A stretch of DNA of 54,104 nt from Chiloscyllium plagiosum (Eukaryota), in contig NC_057726.1 in assembly GCF_004010195.1 (NCBI RefSeq), positions 57,237,684 to 57,291,787 on the forward strand, written 5' to 3'. Positions 22,600 to 34,500 of this stretch are shown here, in pieces. The translations under genes and the position numbers were made by a program. Under the pieces are notes generated by a model. It was not told the DNA's origin and did not search any database. It worked only from the letters and a program-made list of their open reading frames with translations. The first letter of the stretch is position 1. Each line of letters begins with the position of its first letter.

Positions 22600-23940
22600 C
22601 TCTATAGAGACTCGGTGGCAAATGTTTATGGAGATATCTCATAACACTCAGAATAAGGATAGTCCTACAATAAAGAAAGACTCCAAAGGGATAACCTACC
22701 AGGGTTAACTAAAGAAATTAGGGAAAGCATTACACTTAAGGAAAAAGATGTATGGGCCAGAATCGAAAGAGTGGCTGAGAATAACCAAAACCCTAATCAG
22801 GAGAAAGTAATTAGAATAAAACCAGGAATGTGAAAATGCTGAGCCAGAGTTTCTACAGGAGTTTTACAAGGAAAAGAGTGATGTGAGTGTTGGCCCCCTG
22901 AAGAATGGGAGTAAACCATCAATTATTTTGAAATGGTGGATGAAATGAATGTAGGCAACACAAAAATATTCCAGTACTAGCTATAAATCAGGAGCCGGAA
23001 TGGAGAGAGGAATTTAGTAAAATTAGAGTTACTGGGGAGATGGTGCAGAGCAAACTAACGTAGCTATGAACTGACAAGTTTCCATGTCCAGGTGAATTCC
23101 ATCCTGGAGTCTTGAAAGAGGTTGCTAATAAGATCGTAGGTGTTAAGTTTTCAAAATCCTCTAGTTTCAAGATTGGTTCCATCAGACTGGAAAATAATAA
23201 ACATAACCTTTTATTCAAGAAGGGAGGAAGGCAGGAAACAGAGGAGACTGTAGGTATTTTGAGGAAGAGTCACAGTTGCTGCCAGACCTATTGAGCTTTT
23301 CCAGCAATTTCTGTTTTTGTTTCTGATTTCCAGTATCCACAGTTGTCTTGGTTTTTAATAAACCAGTTAACTTGATGTTTGCCATTGTTAGAATCAATTA
23401 TTGCTGCACACTTGGAAAAATCCAAGGGAACTGAGAAGAATCAACATGGTGTAAAAACAAAATCATGTTAGCCAGTTATTGGAGTTCTTCGAAGAATAAA
23501 GGGAAACCTATATTTGTACAATACTTGAATCTCCAGAAGTCATTTTGTAAGGTGCCACATCAAAGGCTATTGTGGAAACAAGGATAGAAGATTGGTTGGC
23601 TGGTAGAAAACAGAATATACATACATGGGTTTGGCAGGATGTGACAAATGTAATCCTTCAGGGGTCTGTGCTGAGCTCTCACCTTTTTACAACTTACATC
23701 AAAGACTTAGACAAGGGGGGATGGTGGTGAAGATGTGGTACCTAAATTCACAATCAACACCAAGACAGATCGGAACGTATGTTATGAAGCAGACAAAAGG
23801 AAGCTGCAGACAGATATAAATATGTTGAGAGAGTGGGCAAAGATCTGACAGAAAGAGTATATATGTGGGAAAATGCGAAGCTGTTGACTTTGGTAGGAAG
23901 CTTAAAAAAAGCAAAGCATTATATAAACATATAATGACTG
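22600..23940 (+). mobile_element. Highly degenerate CR1 ORF2 fragment
   Basis: Remnants of CR1 motifs such as PGxDxxHPxVLKEVA, LFKKGGR and FxKVPHxRL. Confidence 0.5.
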
Positions 23941-23949
23941 CAGAAGTGG

Positions 23950-24160
23950 AGACTGTCTGTGTGGAGTTTGCACATTCTCCCCGTGTCTGCATGGGTTTCC
24001 TCCAGGTACTCCCACAGTCCAAAGATGTGCAGGTCAGGTGAATTGGCCATGGTAAATTGTCCATAGTTGTTAGGTGCATTAGTCAGAGGGGGTTGGGTTA
24101 CTCTTCGAAGGGTCGGACTTGCTGGGCCTGTTTCCACACTGTAGAGAATCTAGTCTAATC
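23950..24160 (+). mobile_element. 5'-truncated HE1 V-SINE
   Basis: V-domain and tail ending aatctagtctaatc. Confidence 0.85.
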
Positions 24161-24174
24161 ATAACTTTGCAATT

Positions 24175-24742
24175 TGTTTTGGTCAGGGAAAATTACCTGG
24201 AGTAAGATAGCTAGGTTGACTACTAGATTTTGAAACAGGGAAAAATGTATTCACAAAATTACACAATGAAACACAAAGAACAGAAAAAAGAATGCCTACA
24301 GAACTCAGTTTATCTAACTAGACTTAATTATGCTGTTCTGAACATACACAACAGTCCCAATAAGCAAACTCCCTTTAAAACCCAGTATAAATGGAACACA
24401 TGCTTACAGGTTGAAGTTGAAGGGCAGGAAAGAGGGAGAGTTTCTAGACAGCTCCTTGTTGAACTTCCCAGTTCAAGACTGAACTAAAACTGCTCAGCTC
24501 AGCTAGAGAGCTGACCACGCCCCTTTCATTATACATGTCACTTCTAAAACCTGACTACTTTGGCCTGAAGTCTCATCTGTTTACATATGAACAACAGGCC
24601 TCTCAAAATCCTTTTCATCTCTGTACCAAACCAGACTGATTGGAGCCCGGCCCGGTTTATTGCCCCTCTGAAAAAAATCAAGGACAGTGTCTCCTTGAGC
24701 CAAGGAACAGCTTTTATGGAAAAAAGGCCTAGCTTTGTGACA
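24175..24742 (-). mobile_element. Probable solo LTR (LTR retrotransposon/ERV)
   Basis: ~570 bp bounded by TGT...ACA, with a TATA-like gtataatgaaaggggcgtgg on the minus strand. No clear TSD. Confidence 0.4.
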
Positions 24743-25694
24743 GTGAAGAATTAGATAGGGGAGCCGAGGGCACAGATAGGCACATTGGAATATGATGTTG
24801 CTATGACAAAGACTTGGCTGAAAGATGGGCAGGATAGGCAGCTCAATATTTCTTGTTAAAGGCATTCAGACAAGATAGAGAGAGAAATATAAGAGGAGAA
24901 GGGGTACAATATTGATCAAGAAATTGATTAAGGTGTTGAGAGAGGCAAGGGAGGTAATACCAGGGGCCCTGACAGTAATTTTCAGATCCTCTTTGGCCAC
25001 AGCTGAGATGCCAGAGGACTGCTAACATTGTCCCACTATTTAAAAAGGGAGGAAGGGATAGATCAGGAAGTTACAGGCCAGTCAGTCACCACAGTTGTGA
25101 GGAAGTTATTATAAAAGAACTCTGAGGGACAGAATATATCATCACTTGGAGAGACATAGTTTAATCAGGCATGATCAGCATGGATTTCTTCAGGGAAAAT
25201 TGTGTTTGACATATTTGATTGACTATCTTGAGACAGTAACAAGGAGTGTGGCTATGGACAATTTTACGTGGTTGAGAGGCAAGAAGCAGAAGCGGTGGTA
25301 GAGGGATGTTACTATTTTCAGTGGGATTCCACTGGGGTCCCACTGGAGTCAGTGTTGAGGATCTTGCCTTCTGTGGTGTACATTAATGATTTAGACTTGA
25401 ATGTAGGGGACATCGTGTAGAAATTTGAAGATGAAACAAAAATTGTTAGGATAATAAATAGTGAAGAGGATACCTGTAAACGGCAGCTGTACATCGGGGC
25501 AGTGGCAAATGGAATTCTACACTAGAACAAGTCAAAGGGATTACTGTACAAATGGTAGGATTTTAGAAAGTCCTGAAGACCAAAGGGACCTTGGTGTGTG
25601 TATACCCACAGATCCCTGAAGGTAGCAGGGCAGGTAGATAAGGTCATTTAGAAGGCACTTCGGGTACTTCTTTTATTACTGACTCGTAAGGTTT

Positions 25695-26270
25695 AGATTA
25701 GATCCCCTACATTGTCGAAACAGGCCCTTTGGCCCAACAAGTCCACACCGACCCTCCGAACAGCAACCGACCCAGACCCATTCCCCTACACATAGACCTG
25801 GACCCAATATACTGGCCACTACAGCGGACAGCTGAAACTGACAACCGGAAGCAGCAGGGACAGGCCACTATAAATGCCGGAGGAAACACCACAGAAGCGC
25901 TTCACAGGAGGCTCCCAAGCACTGAGGATGTCACCTACACAGGGGACGAAACGTTTGCAACAAAAACTTCCAGCTCGGCGAATAGAACCACAGCAACGAG
26001 CACCCGAGCTACAAATCTTCTCACAAACTTTGAATCCCCTACATTCACCCCTGACTAATGCACCTAACACCACGGGCAATTTAACATGGCCAATTCACCT
26101 AACCTGCACATGTATGGACTGTGGGAGGAAACCAGAGCACCCAAAGGAAACACACACAGACACGGAGAGAATGTGCAAACTCCACACAGACAGTTGCCTG
26201 AGGCAGGAATTGAATCCAGGTCCCTGGTGCTGTAAGGCAGCAGTGCTAACCACTGAGCCACCGTGCCGCC
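25695..26270 (-). mobile_element. HE1 V-SINE split by a Penelope insertion
   Basis: HE1 halves at 25695-25790 and 26035-26270 rejoin at the tcccctaca duplication. Confidence 0.85.
25791..26034 (+). mobile_element. Penelope-like element 3' end / pLTR (family C) with hammerhead motif
   Basis: 9-bp TSD tcccctaca (25782-25790, 26035-26043). HIDLDPIY resembles the PLE ORF C-terminus. Hammerhead gcaCTGAGGAtgtcacctacacaggggacGAAAcgTTtgc at 25919-25958. Confidence 0.75.
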
Positions 26271-26347
26271 TACAGAAAGGCAAGCAAATTATGTATAAAA
26301 TGCTGGTTTAGTCACAATCGGAGTCCTGTACATAGTACTGGTTATAG

Positions 26348-26583
26348 ATAAGGGGTCGGTTTAGTTCAGTTAGCTGGACAGTTGGTTTGTGAAGCAATGT
26401 GGTGCCAACAGTGTGGATTCAATCTCCTCATTGACTGAGGCTACTGTGAAGGATTCTCCTCTCAACCTCTCTCCCCTTTGCCTGAGGTATGGTGACCCAC
26501 ATGTTAAGTCACCACCAGTCATCCCTCTCTAATGAGAGAGCAGCCCTATAGTCTGGTAAGACTAAGGTGACTTGACTTGACTA
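26348..26583 (+). mobile_element. Second tRNA-derived SINE family (non-HE1)
   Basis: Box A (tagttcagttagctgg) and box B (ggattcaatctc), (gactt)n tail, and flanking duplication ggttatag (26340, 26584). A decayed relative lies at ~33625-33820. Confidence 0.65.
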
Positions 26584-28364
26584 GGTTATAGGAAGGGTAT
26601 GACTGCACTGAAAAAGGTAGAGAGGTCGTTACCTGGGCTGGAAGCTCTGAGGAAAGATTGGATTGGCTGGGATTGTTATCCTTGGAGCAGTGAAAGTTGA
26701 AAAAGGACCTGGCAGAAGTGTATAAGATTATGAGGGACAGGAAGGCACTTTTAGAGGAGTCAATAACCAGGGAGGCAAAGATTTAATGTAAGAGGTAGAA
26801 GATTAAGAGGAGAGTTGAGGAGAATTTTTTTCACACAAATGATGGTGAGAGCCTGAAACTTTCTGCCTGAAAGGCTAGTTGAGTCAGAAACTCTCCCAGC
26901 ATTAAAACTGTGTTTAGATACTCACTGGCATTGCCATAGCCTCCAGGTCTATGCGGCAGGGGCTGGAAACTGGGATTAGTGAAGGCAGACGCTTGGTGAC
27001 CAGCATAAACATAATGGGCCGAATGGTTTCATTCTGTGCTGGAAACATCTATGAATCTATTGTGCTAAACCCAAAGGCAGTTAATGGCAACAACATTAAA
27101 CAATCATTGCTCAGTATTTATGTGAGACATGGAGATGACATTGGTAAATGAGGTTCATGATATAATTGCATTAAAAATAAAAAGGAGAAACATTAAACAA
27201 ACTGAACCAATTAAACTCAGATGATGAAACTCAGAATGCAGCTGAATTATGCCTGTGCTGCGTGAAAGAATCTAGGGACGCTCATCAAGTTTGATACTTG
27301 AAGAGGATTCACTGCTTTGTACTGACAGGTAACTAATGTTATACGTTTAATTAAGAAGACAATCTGAAGACACCCAGACAGCTATGGACCAGTCAGTTTA
27401 ACATTGGAAATCCTACTAAAGAAGAAACAAAAAACGTCGAGACACAAAAACGATCATGAAATGAGTATGGATTTCAAAAGGGAAGATCTTGCTTAACCAG
27501 CCTAATTCAATTCTTTAAAGAGGCGGGAAGGAGAGATGATAAGGACAACACAGCCCCCAGTGTGGTACGACAGTAAACCATTGAATAAAGTTAGAATATT
27601 CAGAACCAGAGGTCAAGTCACTGTGAAATAGATGCTGGAAATTCAACATTAACAAAGCAAACGCTGGAGAAACTCAGCAAGTTTAGCAGCAGGCGTGGAG
27701 AGAGAAACAGAGTTAACGTTTCAAGTCCAACGTGACTCATCCCAGAATTGTCACAACTGGCTAACTGATAGAATACACGGCAGAAAAAGTGGTAAAGGGC
27801 AGCTATTCACTGTGGCCGAGGTCTTTGAGTCTTTCAAAAGTTAGTACGAGGACCACGGCCCTTGACACTTTATTTCAATATTTGAATCAAAAACAAATTG
27901 CTGTGTTTTCCACAGTGAGGACTCGTTAAAGACACTTTCACTGACAGTAAAGCGCCTTTAGACATTCGGGAGGTAGGGAAAGATGGATATAAATAATTTA
28001 TCTCACTGTAAGCCATTGACTGGTTATACTATGACTTTGATGTAATCTTACAAAAATGGAAATTTAAAGAACTGTTTTTTCAATGTAGTGACATTGGTGC
28101 GAACAAAAAAATGGACGGACTCTAATAACACAATTGTACAAGATCTTGGAATCTGCATTCCGCAGAGCGAAGCCCTCAACAAATACTGGATGCGTAGGCT
28201 GTAATAACTGCAGCCCCTCTCCCGTCGAACTTATCAGCTAGCTCAGGACTGAGTTGTGAATGGACGCCTCTCCCTTTCAAATTCTTACAGAGCTGGGTTC
28301 TCGTGGTTTGGCTTGAAATCTCGAATTAATTAAATCGAACTGTCTTCCTGAACAGAGGACAGGA

Positions 28365-28474
28365 CAGCTGAGGTTAATGTCCTTATCAGTGGCCCCTCCC
28401 ACTAACCCGCCAAGAAAATCTTGAAATTCGTTTGACCTGTGCTGAAGTAGTTGCTGAGGGAGTGGTATATAAAA
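28365..28474 (+). promoter_or_regulatory. ZP-gene promoter: TATA box with upstream E-box
   Basis: TATATAAAA at 28466-28474, about 70 bp before the ATG; CAGCTG at 28365; CTTATC (GATA) at ~28382; TGACCT half-site at ~28433. Confidence 0.6.
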
Positions 28475-28536
28475 TGGTATGTCTAAGTGTGTGCCTTTAT
28501 ACGTTTTGAAACCTTAGTAACTCTACAGAATAGAAG

Positions 28537-31500
28537 ATGATGTTTTATATGTTTTTGCAGGCGCTGTTCAAGGTGTTAACGCTATTATTTTGCGGAGCTT
28601 TTATTACGATCTATGGTTCAGGTAAGTTTGTAAATAAGGTGACTAAGTCTTTTAGTGTAGATAACGTCTCTAGCGGAAACCTGATGGTGACCGCTACTCT
28701 TTGCTTTCTGGAACATGTAAACTTCTTCTAAAAGCTAGTGCTAACAATATTCGTATAATCTATTAAGGTTGTTGGGGAAATAACGAAATGCTAATTTTCT
28801 TTCATGTAGGATGAACTTTGTATCTCAATTCCGTAAAATATTGCTTAAGGTTTTAGCTAAAGCAATTCTTGTATTTGGATTTCTTGTCATCTTTTAGTAA
28901 TGCTCTCTTCTAGACAACACGAACGTCTCATTCTAAAGTATGAATCTAGTTTAAGTTGTACAGCAATTAGCTTTATGACATGGGCAGTCATTAGGTTTGA
29001 AATACCAGTTTGTTTTTCTAGCACTAAATTTTTTTTTTGCAAACTTATGTAGATCTTTAAGAAGCACTTTAAATCTGGTGTGACTAGTCATGTAATGTGT
29101 AGACTATTTGCTTTAGTTCATAGCTACTAACTAGTTTCTTTTGGAGTATGACTAAAGTTTCCTAATAACTGACATGACTTTCCATGAAATGGAATCAAAA
29201 CTGTTCCTTTAGTACTTTTAATATTTCACATGTTTACAATTTTTAAAGTGGCTACTGAATTTTAACTTGCAGCAAGTAAGGTAAAATATTCTAAAAGCCT
29301 AAATTTGTGTTGACTTCATTCAGGCTGTGATCCCAATCCTTGTAAGAATGAAGGGACCTGCACTCTTGTAAATGGTGATGCCCAATGCAACTGTGCTCAT
29401 GGGCTTAAAGGAGCAACATGTGAAGGTAAAACTGTTTGCTTTTTGATGGGAGCAGCTGCCGGGCTGAGTGTTCTCACTTTTGGGATTTTCATACTCTAGT
29501 TTCTTATGAGTACACCATGGGTAGTCTGACTTCCAGCAACTAACATACAAATAAAGATTGTGTTTTTACAACACCAGCAAACAGTTCTCCCTGTAAGCTG
29601 ACAGTAAATGTAAGCTTTTCTCCTTCAGTGGTACTCACTGTCTAGCTGGCTTGCTCTGACCTTGCATAGTTTTTGCCCACATTCAATCAGAATGGTTTCC
29701 AATATTTATTCCACACTTGTCTCAGATTTTCTTTATCTAACCTTACTGCTGCTTGTTTCTCAGTGTGCAGCCCCATAAGTGTTCCCCAGAAATTTAGTTT
29801 GATAACTGTTTCCTCAATTCCATTGTTGTCTGAACTATCACTGCAAACCCTCCATGTTGGGGGGGAAATGGGTGAAAAACTCCAACCTGCTGCCTTACAG
29901 CAATGGGGTCCTAGGTTTGATTCCAGTGTCTGTGTGGAGTTTGCACACAGTCTTGTGTTGGTGCGTTTCCTCCGGGTACTCAAGTTTCCTCCCACAGTCC
30001 AAAGATGTGCAGGTTAGGGGAATTGGCCATGCTAAATTGCCTTTCGTGTTAGGTGCATTCATTAGAGTGAAATGGGTCTGGGTGGGTTACTCTTCAGAGG
30101 GTTGGTGTGGACTGGTTGGGCTGAAGGGCCTGTTTCCATACTATAGGGAATCTAATCTAAACCACACACTGAACAAATTGAAGCTATTGTCTTTGCTTCT
30201 CTTGCTGAGGCTAAACCAGTATCATTTATGGAGAAAGTGAGGACTGGAGATCAGAGCTTAAATGTGTTGGAAAAGTGCAGCAGGTCAGGCAGCATCAAAG
30301 GAGCATCCTACACCTTTGCTGCCTGACCTGCTGTGTTTTTCTAGCAACACACTCTATCACTCATTTATGCAAGGAAGAACTGTCTCTCTCCATCTGTCGC
30401 AGCATTTTGAGATTTTGCTTCTTTATTACTATGGAAACAATTACCCTAAAGTTAGTTACCCATGAGACTGAACTGTTCTAATGCACTCTTGGCTGGTCTT
30501 GGTTCTAGCAATGCAAAGCAACTGACCATTAACTTGACTAAGGTCTTGTTGAGCCATCTTGTATTTCTGTTGAGCAAAATCTCATTATCCTCTTCCCTCC
30601 AATCCTTCCTAGCAGTTATCTTTATCTGTTAATCCTAGTCTATATTTTGAATTTAGCTATTGATAGATTTCAATTAACATTCTGAAATTTCTTCTAAATA
30701 TCTGATCTACTTTGGGCACTCAAATTAAACCTTGGCTTCAAATTAAGTTGCAAAAGTATAGGTGTTCCTGTGTCAGATAGTTGATAGATTCTAACATCAC
30801 TTTTTATTATGTAAAACTATTTGGAGTAGGAAGAGATTTTATTTGCAATTCTTTTATATCCCCAGATATAAAAGTGGAAGTGATCTGTGAGCAGGCTTAC
30901 ATAAAAGTATTGGTCCCAAAGGATTACTTTGACTGGAAAAATGTAACCCAGGATGCTGTCCAGCTGTTTGAGGGTTCCTGCAAAGCTGCAAGAGAAGTTA
31001 AAAATGGAGAGGAATACTATGCAATCACCATACATCATAATAATTATTCAGACTGTGGTACTGTTGTAATGGTAAGATTTTATTGAATGTGTAAAAGTAT
31101 AAGCCAACTTCATTCTTTAGCACTCTGTCTTGCTCAACTTCCTGTGCTACCAGAATTCAGTGCAACTGTCTCTAATTAGACAGATGTCCCATAAGCATTC
31201 TAATTTAGCTGATCAGCGGTCAGCTGTAAACAGTCACAGCATCAAACACCTAGTTTAGTTTTGAGCTTAGCAGCAACTTAACAGTTGTACATTTCAACTT
31301 GTATTCATGTGATTCATGAAACTAAACATAGTTCAGGTGTATGAAAGAGGACTCCTTCCACTGAGGTTGACTGTTTTGGTTTTTTTGTGACCTCTTCCCA
31401 GCTAATGGAATGGGAAGTAGTTTAAAATTGAGAATGAGAAAATGGATTTTACTTTGGCTGACCCAAAAGTTCCCAAAATGGGATCATAGACCTGTGGTTT

Positions 31501-34500
31501 TGCATAACTGGACTGAATGCAGCTGACTTGTATCAAGTGTGCATCATTTGTTTGTAAAATCTCTTGGCATTTAAAAATTCATGCTTATTTCTAAAACTCT
31601 GGGCTTATCTTGCCAAGTTCCATGTTGAATTCTGCGTTACCCTTTCTAAACAAGCTACTGCATTGTATGATGTTTGGCTTTGTCATATGTTGCACTCATA
31701 AACTGTTTATGGTCAGAATTGAATTGAGCTAGTTAGGCCCTTGCGTGGTCTTTGACCCCATCCCAAAACTCATCTTGGGCTATAGATTAGCCCAATTGAG
31801 GCTGGTACAGTATAGTTTGGCCAGAAGGTGGGCTTGGTGTGAGGTAACACCAGTGCAGTAACCACAGGGAGCTCATGCCATAAATATGGCATGATAGATT
31901 GATCTAACCATACTGGTAGTACTTGGCAGAAAGCTCTTCAAGCATTCTACAATACAAATGGGTGCATTGTTTTTTCTTTGAAGTGTTAGTTTTAAGCCAC
32001 TTGCAGCATTGGTGTTGTCCAACTGGTGTACTGCTGTTTAATGTAAATTAATATCAAATTAACTTTTATGCAAAAGCTGTATTCCATTGGGGAGACTAAC
32101 TTGTCCCTGTGCTCATAATTAGCAATTTCAATTTTATTGTACATGTCTAGGATAAAATGGCTGATAAGTTTCTAACAAATTTTGTTCACTTTCAGAGTAA
32201 TGCTACACATGTCATGTACATGAATGGTGTCCAGACCAGACACATAACTGGAGTTATCACCAGACTTCCTTCCGAGTCAATTGACTTCACTTGTGTATAC
32301 ACTCGTGAAAGAATAGTGCGACTTGAATTCCCAATACAGCCGAAAACAACGCAAGTTCTTAATACTTCTGTTTGTTCAGTTTTTACTGTAGCTAATTTGC
32401 CTGTTTAGAGGAATGATAACAATGTGAAGTTTAAGTCTAATTCATTATTGCTAGTGCAGATATGTACACAATTGGCAAGATCCTCACTTGTCTTGACCAT
32501 AATATAACTGACTTCAATCTCTTTCTGTGGACTTCTAACTTTCTACTACTGTAGAAATATAATGTGGGGAAAACATTGTTTGAAGTAACTTTTGTGATCT
32601 GAGATCACCAACATTAGAGGAAGTGTTTGCAGCTTAAGGTATATCAATTTGCACCCCTGAGCATTATCAAGCTTTCAAGTTCTTGATTCTTTATTTCCTG
32701 TGAAAATGATTTTGTGATTTCTTCAGGATTGCAGTGTTACATGTGCAGGAAGGAACAGTCACTGTATCAATGGCCTTGTACAAGAGCTCAAAGTATGAAA
32801 ATGCTTATATGGAATTACCAGTTCTTCCATGGATGGAGAGGTTGTATATCAGTGTGAAAATTGAACCAGGAGAAAATAACTTTTTTGATTTAACTATCAA
32901 CGATTGCTGGGCCACACCAACCCAAAATCCAGATGACTTGCCCCAGTATTACCTGATTAAGAAGGGGTAAGCTAACACTACTAAAATTGCAGTGTCCAAG
33001 TTGGGCATTTTTTCCATGTCTGTATTGTAACATTGCAGAGTTGTGGTTAAATTACAGTTCTGAGTTTGTGGTCTATCTTTGAATATAAGAGGCAGGACAG
33101 CCCTTCAAGGATACTCCACCAGTCAATGACTAATCTGTCAAGCACAGCATTACCTTGTTGATTCCCTTAGCCTAATAATCTAACTTAACACTGGTTGCAA
33201 TTTCCACAGGCTCTTCACACTGGGTGAAAAGTCTTAAATGACCTTTTCTAACCATGGAGTCCAGATTCTGGACTCCCCAGTCATCAGGAACATGCTTCCT
33301 GCATCTACCTGTCTAAACTTTGTTAGACTTTAGATTTGAAGCTTCACCCACTAGTCCTATCCACACAAGGATAATATCCTCAAACTATCAAGGGTCGTTT
33401 CAATTGTCGGATTTTAGGAAAAATTGGAACTCAAATACAAATTGAAATTCAACTGGTCCTCCAGTGAACTTTCTGTGCTCTCCCATCTGAGTGTGCCTTT
33501 CCTTGGATAAAGAAACAAAACACTTTAAATTACAGCTGTCTGATTAGGGCCTTGTATAGTTTTAGCAATACCTTTTCACTCTGGAAATAAATATTTTGCT
33601 AGCATCCATAAAATGGTGAATCTGGAGGCCAGTTAGCTCTATTAGCTGGACACATGGTTTAAAAATGGTGCCAACTGCATGGTTCAATTGTCAGGACAGC
33701 TCTCCTTGCCATGAAGAACTCACCTCAGCCAGGAGAAGTTGAGAAGGAATGGTGATCTTTTTTGTAATTAAACTACCATCAGACTACACAGGGTCTGGTA
33801 GGGCTGTAATGGCTTTACATTTTTAACCCAAGTCTGGATATTAGCCCTTTTGAGTTGTGCACTTCAGGGGCCCCTAATATTTCTGCAGTCTTTAGCTTTA
33901 TTGTCAGACTTTTTTTTTCTAGTCTGACTACACTCTTGTTCACCATACTCTAATTTTGGGCACCATACCTCAGGAACGATACTAACCCTGGACTGGGCCC
34001 AGAGGAGGTTCGTGAGCTCTCTCTAGAATGAGGCTTATGAGAAAGGTTGAGGACTTTGGATCTGTACTTGGAGTTTAGAAGCTTTGGAGTGGTGGAAGTT
34101 AGTTCTGAAACTTAGAATACTGAATGGCCTGGACAGAGTGGACACTAGGACAGTCCTTCCACTGGGACTTGAGGGCACAGCCTTTAAAGGAAGATTGTTT
34201 TTAGACTAGAGATGGAGAAAATTCTCTCTGGCCAGAGTGGGGGAAATCTGGCCTTCACTAGCACAAGGCTGTGGATGCCAGGTAATTCTGAAATTTTAAA
34301 ATAAGATTTCTTTTGTCAAGGAAATCAAAGGTCACAGGGAGAAAGTATTTTCCTTATTGGTCATGATTGAATGGCAGAGCAGACTTGATGGACTGAAAGG
34401 AGCAGAAATTAGACTAATGTCTTGTGCATAATCTCTCCTGCCCCAACACTACATTCCAAATGTATGTAGTTAGCCTTGTATAATAGGAAATTTCTACTAA

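Larger units (their letters stand above)
24745..27060 (+). mobile_element. Degenerate CR1 LINE fragments interrupted by SINE and Penelope insertions
   Basis: Remnants of ANIVPLFKKG, NYRPVS, QHGF, YINDLD and FxDxTK, plus the CR1 3' tail gggccgaatgg...atctatgaatctat. Confidence 0.6.
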
